64,000 nt of DNA from the human T2T-CHM13v2.0 reference genome, Homo sapiens, in assembly GCF_009914755.1 (NCBI RefSeq), contig NC_060929.1. The stretch is one strand, 5' to 3'. This document shows positions 55,222 to 64,000 of the stretch, piece by piece (the stretch's first letter is position 1; every line of letters starts with the position of its first letter). Below the pieces are notes generated by a model that saw nothing but the letters and a program-made list of their open reading frames with translations, was not told where the DNA came from and made no database searches. A program made the position numbers and the translations under genes.

Positions 55222-55436
55222 TTAAATTTTCCGTAAAGGGCAAGAGAGTAAATATTTTAGGCCTTTCAGGCCATTTGGCTTCTCCCTCAATTACTTAACA
55301 CTGCTGTTATAACAGAAAAGCATCCACAGACAGCATATTAATATCTTAGCATGAATGAATATGTTCCAATAAAATTTTATATACAAAATAGGAAGCAGGA
55401 TGGATTTGCTCTGCAGGCCATAGTTTGCTGACACTT
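55222..55436. mobile_element. MER58A-like hAT relic
   Basis: 'gtaaagggcaagagagtaaatattttaggc...gttccaataaaattttat...ggccatagtttgctgac'. Confidence 0.8.
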
Positions 55437-56182
55437 GGATTGGATTTAAATCAAATTCTGTCTTCACCTTATGTTGTTGTTTACAGATTTCATTACTTTG
55501 TCTTTATTCACCAGTTGTATATTTGATAGATTTAAATTGACAGATTGTTTTATGAATGATATCCTCATTTCTCCAAGAAATTTTAGAATTTCCTCTTTTT
55601 TTAATCCTCTAAACTTCACAATGTGTGTCCAGCAGTCTTGATATGGCTTTTCTATTTTTCGTTTATTGTTACTGTCTTTGTCTTGTCTATTCTGTTCAAA
55701 ACTTTATGAATATTTTCAATCTGTGTTTAGTTTATTACTTCTACAAATATTGCCTCTTTGCTATTTATACTAGGCCTCTTTCTAGTTGTTGATCTTCTAA
55801 TCTGGTTTTCTCATTTTTCTATCATCTGATGCATTTTTACATATATCTCTGATGAATTTTTCACTGATTTCCAGTGTACCACTTGTTTGCTACTGTATTA
55901 TTCTGCCATTCACTTGTAACACTGATTTCTTTAGTTTAACACTCATGTTTTTCATATTTCTAATGACTTCTTGTCAGTCTGAATATATTGTTTATGTTCT
56001 TTAAAAGTTTACTTTTTTCCCCATTAATTCTCTTCCTCTATGCTAGATTTTTCTATTTGTTGATTCTCCCCCACAGGTCTTTTTCCTCCAAGGTTGTCTC
56101 ACTGTTTTGCTTGTGATTTTCTCTCTTTTTTTCTCTTTGGGTGTCTCCACTGCTGTGGCGAGGTAAACTTACCGTGCCATAT

Positions 56183-56525
56183 TGCTATGGTTTGAATGTG
56201 TCTCTCAGATTTCTTGTGTTGGAAACTTAATCCTCAAGCTCCTATTTTGATTGGCGGTAGGCCTTTGGGAGGTAATTAGGATCAGGTCACCAGGGTGGAT
56301 CCTCATGATGAGACAGGTGGTTTACAAGAAGGGAAAGAGAGACCTGAGCTGGCATGCCATTGCCCTCTCACCATGCATGCCCTCCACACAGCAAGAAGTC
56401 CCTGCCCAAATGTCAGCATCATACTTGTAGGCTTCCTAGTCTCCTAAACCATGAGGCTAAACAATTTTTATTTTTTGCAAATTGCCCAGTCTGTGCCCAG
56501 TCTGCAACAGAAAACAGACTAATAT
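56183..56525 (+). mobile_element. MST-family MaLR solo LTR
   Basis: 'tgctatggtttgaatgtgtc...gttggaaacttaatcc...gcaacagaaaacagactaa'. Confidence 0.8.
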
Positions 56526-56884
56526 GCGTACTTTGTATTGTCTCAAGTAAGATGTAAGATGGTAAATATGGCAGACTTCAGAAGAATTTCTACCTGCAAC
56601 ATGGGGCATATGCTCCTCATCTTTCCTCCACTCCACTCCTGGTCGTCGTTGAGTACTCCATTCATTTCTGAACCTATTCCCTTATCATTTTTTATATCTG
56701 TGGGCCTCTAGTCTTTTGTGTCATTACCACGGGAGACAAAAGAGGGGAAGTTCAGAGACTCTAGCCTGCCATATTGTTTTGGGGAAACAATTCTGGCTAC
56801 ACATGGGAGGAATTTCCAAATAAAAATAATACTGTCATCTATTAATCATTGGTATTAATTAGAACTGTGCTACAGTTTATATGT

Positions 56885-57285
56885 TACTATGGTTTGAATG
56901 ATGATGGCTCCTCTATAGTTGATGTTGAACCTTGATTCCCAATGCAACACTATTAAGAGGTATGTCCTCTAGAAGGTAATTGAGTCATGAGGGCCCTGCC
57001 TTCATGAATGGCATTAGATGCCCTTACAAAATGGCTTGACAGAGGGAGTTTGCTTCTTTTTTGCCTCTTCTGTCCCTTCTATGATGTGATGAAACAGTGA
57101 TCTTCCCCTTGTAAGAAAGCAGCAACAAGGCTCCATCTTGGGAGGAGACAGCAGTCCTCACTAGACACCCAATGTACTGGTGCCTTGATCTACCTAGCTT
57201 GACAGCTTTGAAAAATAAATTTCTATTATGTATAAATTATCCAGCCCTAGGTATTTTGTTGCAGCAGCATAAAGGGAGCATGACA
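56885..57285 (+). mobile_element. MSTD/MLT1A-like MaLR solo LTR
   Basis: 'ctatggtttgaatg...gtcatgagggccctgccttcatgaatgg...aataaatttct...ggtattttgttgcagcagca'. Confidence 0.78.
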
Positions 57286-60200
57286 TGTGATTTAAACTTA
57301 TGAGATTAACTGAAGAAACGGAAGCATGCAATACAATGCAGATATGGCTTTAGGAGAGCTTTACTTAAAGCATAGAAATGCTGTTGTGAGAAGGTTGTGC
57401 TTATTTTCCAGAGCACCCTAGTTACCTACTTGGGGAATTGGTTTCATCATATGCAAGATCAAAAAGTAGATTAGATTACAAATTATCTGACACTTGTTGG
57501 TTACTAAGAAATGTTTACTATTGTATGACACATATATTTTACAGATAATTTTGAAAGGAAGCATGTTTTTCTCAGAGCAGAAGTTTCCATGTTTTTAAAA
57601 TCTATGTTTATATAAAATGTGTAAATGAAGATTGTCAAGGGACAGGAGTCGTAACCCTTTGAGGCCATTTTGGTCTCCAGGCTCTTTGGAGTGTAATATG
57701 GAAAAGACTTCAGATTTGAATTAACTTAGGGATAACAGGTGCCTAGCCCCTCATAGAGAAATTATTTGAATGTTCTTGAAAGTCAGCATTCTTTCTTTCA
57801 ACAGTTTCACTTTATTATAAATACTTTATAATATTTTAAGTAGATTAAATTAATTGAATTAAAGTGACATATAAGCTGGTAAAGCAGAATAAAATTATTT
57901 TCCTTGATACAACCTCTTCCTATTTCATCTGCAAATAATATTCAAACTATTGTTCACCTTTTTAAAAAGTAGTTATTTCAAACATTCCAAACCTCCTTTG
58001 AGGTTAGTTACCTTTCCTCCCCCCTCAATTCAATTGCCTGAAGAACACCAATTAAACATATTATAAAACTATTTAATTTTGTGTCAACCCACTAACATCA
58101 TACTTGTGAAAGTATAAGTTACAATAATTTTTATTAACTAAAATTTGAGAGAACAAAGTGTTTGCACTGATATTATTGGGTTTTCTTTCTTTCTATAATG
58201 AAATTAGTCTAGTAGCTCTTGAGTTTCTACAATTTTGGAAGGCCTAACACAAGGATAGACTTGTATTAACTTTGACCTAAGAGACATATAATATTGTAAA
58301 TTACTCAATTACAAGTAAATTTTCAGAACAACATTAAAAATTGTATTCACATTAATTTTTAAATAATGTTCCGAATACTTAAAATAACATACATAATAGT
58401 AACATTAAACTTATACAGGTATTCGATATTTGATCATCTTCTACTAGTCACCAAGAGTTAATACCATTGCAATTGATCTATATAATTGCCTGATCAAATT
58501 ATCATATAGTGATATTTTTGGCTTAGAATTTTAGTACAAATCTAGTCATTTTGTCTTGCTTATATACTTAATTGTAAACCAAAAAGCATTACTTTTTTAT
58601 ACTGATGGCTAAGTAATTTATGCAGGTAATTAAAGAAGTGCTTCAATTTTCATTAAGTCCTTAAGAGTACTCTCTTTTCAATCTAGATTAAGCTTAATAG
58701 AGTCATTTGGATGCCCTTTTCACTGATTTGGAGTTTTGTTTGCGAACGAATTGGTCTTGTAAAACTTATTGACTTACTTTCAGCCTATTTTCTCATTTTA
58801 TTGATCTATTAAAATATTGTCAGTGCCATAACAAGCTTACTTAAATAACTTCTCATTAGAATCAAAGATTTCCTACCCTTCTTATATAATAGTAAAAAAA
58901 ATTAGGTGCAAAGACTTACTGAATATAGACATTGTTATCCTAGGCATTAAAATAAAAATTGTAAAAATTAAAAATACAAGCACAGAAATTTTCATTATTG
59001 CCTTCCTGTTATTTGGTAGACTAAACTATTTATATAAAACATATGTTCTCCTAGTCAGAATATGAATGATACTGACATTATAATAAAGACAATATAATAG
59101 AATTTATTTATACTGAAGTAAGCCATTTGGTTTATTTTGTTTATTTAGTTGTTTTGTGTACCTCTCATATAGATTCAGTAGTTATTCTTGGACAATATTA
59201 TTTTCCTTCTAGGATACCTTCTACATGTTACTTTTTTCTTCTAGGGCACATATAGAGAAATTTAAAAAAACCCATTTTTTTTCTGAAATAGAAAAAATAT
59301 TATATAGTACTCTGAATTAAAATTACCAAATATAATTTAACTCTATTTAAGCCATAGCATAGAATATAGCTCTACAGTGTTTACCTGAGTCAAAATACAC
59401 AATAAAATTGGAAAGATAGGCTGAAATTCTGGTTAGAGATGATATTCAACACCATCGTACTTTATTTGAAAAGAAGTTTTATGTTTCAAGTTATATATTC
59501 TTCTGCTTCACTCCGTAACCTTTACCATGTCATATACTTTGGTTTTCCCTGCTTATTTGGTAATTTCATATATGAAAATGTAAAAATTCCTGGTGAATTG
59601 CTTCACTTCTTGACTTCGCCCCCAATGAGAAGTCGGCTGTATACAGAAAAGAGTCATCTGTAAGATTTACTATTCAATATCTTAGACTATTTTTCTTTAA
59701 GAGACTTTTAAAAATAAATAAATGGAAGCAAAGGTTTCACTCAATTTAACTAATTATTTCAACTGTATGAGCAGGTATATGTGTCAGGTGCTGTATGTAT
59801 TAATAATTCAAACACAGATCCTGCCCTCATGGATATTTTCATCAATTACCGGGGAATATCACAGTCTTCTGAGTGTCAATCACCAGAAGTTTGCCTTGTT
59901 TAAATCATGTTTTAAAACTTATCCATCTGTTAAAATATCTTAGAATTAGAGATCCTCGCAAATTATTTTTTATTGGTTTTCACATTTATCTAGATATGAT
60001 TACACATGTGATACAGACAATGCTAATTGTTATCTGAAATTATATTCTTCAAATACATTAGTAGTTCTGCAAATATATAGGCACTTTTTAAAGAGAAAAT
60101 CTATTTTTATTCAATACAATTCTAGGAGATCTAGGTAAAATACTGAAATCTGTTATAATGCAAATATAATATAAATCTTAAGATAAATATATTACTACAA

Positions 60201-62643
60201 AGAAATTTAGTAAATAAGTGAAAGACAAAGAAACTTCTACATGCTATTTTTTGCTAGATCTTAAAGTCTACTCTAAACATCTTATGGTTATCTAAATTTA
60301 GAATTAATGTAAATTATGACTACCAGCATTTATGAATTGTTATATTTATATATTAAGTCAACATTTTTGGCAATATAAATAAAATCATTTATTTAGAAAA
60401 GATTTCAAATTGTGTTGGCTAAAAAAAGTCATGACACATTTACTCATTACATCACTTAAATTACGGAAATCATCATTTTACTTTTATAGAAATACACAAT
60501 ATTCATTTTTGAAAGACAGTAATTTAGAATGAGATCATAAAGTGAATGAAATGAGATAATCAGAAAGTTAATATCAAATAGGTTTTGAGATTAAACTCAA
60601 TGACCGAAATTTTTTCAAATGTTTACTTTGTAATTGTACACGTTGTACTGTCTCACACAATGTTTGATTTATTCCAAAGTTGTTTGATCCTGAAACAATA
60701 ATAAGGTGACAAATGTAACCTTGAGACCACATCTTATTGAATAATGAGAACATAAAGTTATATTTCAAATTTTTGGTTCAATTTTTTCTTGTTCAAACTT
60801 TCCAGGAGAGAGCTCAGAGTCCAGACTCAGTTTTCGGGAATCATACTCCAGATGTGAAAGTTCAGGATTACCCTATTCTTTGAACACTGTAATACAGGGA
60901 AACTACTTCCAACACTGCATGAGAGATGCCATTTTTCTTGATTGGTTTGTCTAGGCTTCATTTGCCAACTATCAAGAATGTACAACCATCTGGATTTATG
61001 TATGCTAATCTTTTTGACATGAGAACGTCTATTCATTAAGTTTCCTCAATTTGCTAGTGATAGAGACCATTCTATCATTCATTATTGCTAAATTCCAGTC
61101 AATGAATAACTCCTTTGTATTAATTTATTCTATCTTATTTTTAAGGCATAAGCCAGTCAATAAATATCCTTTTAAAAAGTTTAGAAGAATTAATGAATCG
61201 TCTATTTAACAAAAATACCTTACTCAAAAGTTTGTTTTTATAAAACTGCATGTGATTAAAATCTCAGGATTGTCATAATCTATTTCTTATCCCCCTCCTT
61301 TATCAATGTGTAAGATTTTTGAGATAATTTGACAAGTTTTTACATTATCCCCGATTGAAAAGCTCTTAGGCCAGGATACTTGTGCTAGGCAAAAACTGCA
61401 TTTATTTTATTCCCTCAGTAAGACTCTTTAAAAAGTTTTTGGCTTTGACATAATTGAAATTTTACTAGAATTTCAGTTGGTACAATATCTCCTTGCTTGC
61501 CTCTTCTATTATTATAGATGTTATGAAAAGGAATAATAGGGAGAGTGACAGTGGCTCACTTCAGGTGATGAATTATATTTTTATTCACCTAAAACTATCA
61601 TTTGTTTCTGAAGGTTAGACATTATTCTCTATGTCTATATGTCTGATTGACAGAAGTATATTCATGAACATGTAAAAAAGCACACTCATCTCCTACCTGT
61701 TTTATTTTTCTCCTTCCTGACCAGTAAAGAACCTTGCCAAGCCACTATAAATTAACTAATAAAGGGAAGCTATGACAAAATTTTATAGATAGAGGTAACT
61801 CATGCCTCTCTTTTTATTCTCTGCATAATACACTAAGTAACAGCTTGACATAAGAACAAAGGGATGGGAAAGTTGCTGCTGAAAGCACATAGTATTTGAT
61901 CTTTGTCATAGAGAAAGGAAATATATTTAAATGGTAGCTTAAATATGCTTGTAAAAAAATGGAAGAGATTTTTATCAGTGTTTGACATATATTTATTATA
62001 GTACTACTTTTTTTCTGTCAAAATAAATAAAATCCTATTTTATTTAGTAGTTTTAAATGTTACTTTCTAAGAATTTTTTTAATAGGAAGATTTTTATTGG
62101 GTTCTAGTTGTGGTTGACTAATTTGCACAATTCTGTTTTATATTTTTGCATCAGTATATAGACAAACATTCCAAATATTTACATGAATTCAATTTTTTAA
62201 AATAATTTATTGAACCTTTTATTTAGCTCTTTCTGGTTCAGAGGGTCTCAGTTGAAATAATTGTAGATGTAATAAAATTTTTATAATATGTTCACTTAAC
62301 AAAATTCTTAAATAGACTTCAGCTATGTGTTATAAAAATATAAATGTTATTTGAAACTGAACATGTTGGGCGTCTTGATCTAGCCAAAAAAAATAATATG
62401 TTAAATGCCTCTCATGTATCTGTAATTTTTCTTTTTTTTCACTGCACATATTTTAAAAAGCTAGATTAAAATGACCAAAGTTCTCCATGTATCAGTTTTC
62501 ACAATTTCTGGTTTGCCTATTGAAAGAAAAAAATAAGGTGAAGCTTATGTGCCATTGTGATTTAAATTATACACAGATATTTTAGATAAAGGTAAGAGTT
62601 GAAGAGCTCAAAAATAGCATTTTATGAAATATTAGAAAGACCT

Positions 62644-62935
62644 GGTCGGGTGTGGTGGCTCACGCCTGTAATCCCAGCACTTTGGGAGGCTGAGGTGGGC
62701 GGATCATGAGGTCAGGAGATCGAGACCATCCTGGCTAACATGGTGAAACCCCGTCTCTACTAAAAACACAAAAACAAAATTAGCCGGGCGTGGTGGCGGG
62801 TGCCTGTAGTCTCATCTACTCAGGAGGCTGAGGCAGGAGAATGGTGTGAACCCAGGAGGCGGAGCTTGCAGTGAGCGGAGATTGCACCACTGCACTCCAG
62901 CCTGGGCGACAGTGGGAGACTCCGTCAAAAAAAAA
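62644..62935 (+). mobile_element. AluY
   Basis: 'gagatcgagaccatcctggctaaca', 'ggcggagcttgcagtgag'. TSD agaaagacct, with a 4-bp slippage in the 3' copy. Confidence 0.94.
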
Positions 62936-64000
62936 AGAAAGACAGACCTATATTTGTAAAAGGCAATGACAAGGGTAAATTAAAGCGAACATAATAATAC
63001 TCTTACATGAATCAATCATTAACCAGCTATTTTGGGAGAAAGTGAGTAAGGGTAACTTCAGAGTATTTTAAAGAGAGAACTCTGTGCAGGGCTACCATAA
63101 AACTGTGATGTGATCCATTTACACCATGAAACTATGGTGTGATCCATCCTTTAAAAATAAGGTGGAAGGAAGGATAGAGAGAAGAAGTATTTCATCTGTT
63201 AATTCACTAAATATTGTCATAGGAAAGATTTGATAGTTAAACCAAAGAAGTGATAATATGTGCAGTGCAAAGAAAGCGGCTGTCAAATAATAATAGCCCA
63301 ATCAGACCAGCATCTATAAGGGGCCATTTGGGATAAGAACCACCAGAGATATGAAATAACTTCTGGACTCCTTGTTCTAAAATTGGTCAGAGGAATCCTG
63401 GCATAATTTAATTCTGGGAGAACAATTATCTAACACATCATATAAATATTGAAATAATATAAATGCATAATATTTACCTACACGTACTGTAAAGACAGTC
63501 CATACAATTTTATTTTCTTTCTCCAAAAGGATATTATTCAAGAAGTATGAATGTATGGATACTTAACATGTTAAAAAATGTATAATGTAAATGCTCACCA
63601 GAGACAATACTTTTAGAATTACAAATAGTCATGCTTGCCAGTTATTAATAACATTTTAATATTAGTCTAGATTATGCAATACATCAATAAAACTAAAATA
63701 AGAAAAACAATTATTGCATCAAAATTATTTTTGAAGATCAAATATTACAACATTTACATAAAATTAATTAAGAAACATTAAAACTTCAGTGTCTAATAAC
63801 AACATAGAAAGAGTTAGGCACAAAAGTATTTTTCAAAATCAACTTTCGAATATACCAGACATTAAATTGAAGATACATATCAAAATTAATAAAAGTTACA
63901 AAATATATAAAGTGATGATCTTAATGGATAAAACACAACTTCTAACCTAAAGATATAAAAGAACTGGAACACAAATGTGGCATTTCCTACAAAGCAACAC

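Noticed and set aside
60574-61036. Two minus-strand ORFs in unique DNA as coding exons
   Set aside because: They are short, show no recognisable domain, and have no convincing donor/acceptor pair.
63780-64000. Possible ancient L1 endonuclease-region fragment
   Set aside because: Too decayed and A-rich to support by eye.

Overview
This window is AT-rich primate (human-like) non-coding genomic DNA, either intergenic or deep intronic. It is not microbial: I see no CRISPR array, no rRNA or tRNA genes, and no recognisable cellular protein-coding exon. The long ORFs I could identify are retroelement relics, and the rest look like chance ORFs in repeats. Main contents: a 5'-truncated HERV-H provirus with one LTR7-family LTR (~4667-9846); a complete THE1 MaLR element with TSDs (11192-13472); solo LTRs (LTR12C, MER52, THE1, MST, MLT1, MLT2); a young L1PA2-like 3' end and several older L1s; about ten Alu/FLAM/FRAM copies; and MIR, L2, MER5, MER6 and MER58 relics. 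I found no supportable new biological system. The most interesting signals are mechanistic footprints of retrotransposition and repair: a ~26-nt twin-primed mini-L1, a 5'-inverted Alu, two Alus at one target site with an inverted tail, TSD-less insertions suggesting deletions, and a perfect quasi-palindromic 30-bp tandem repeat. Subfamily names come from my recall of consensus sequences, not from a database search, and the boundaries of old elements are approximate.
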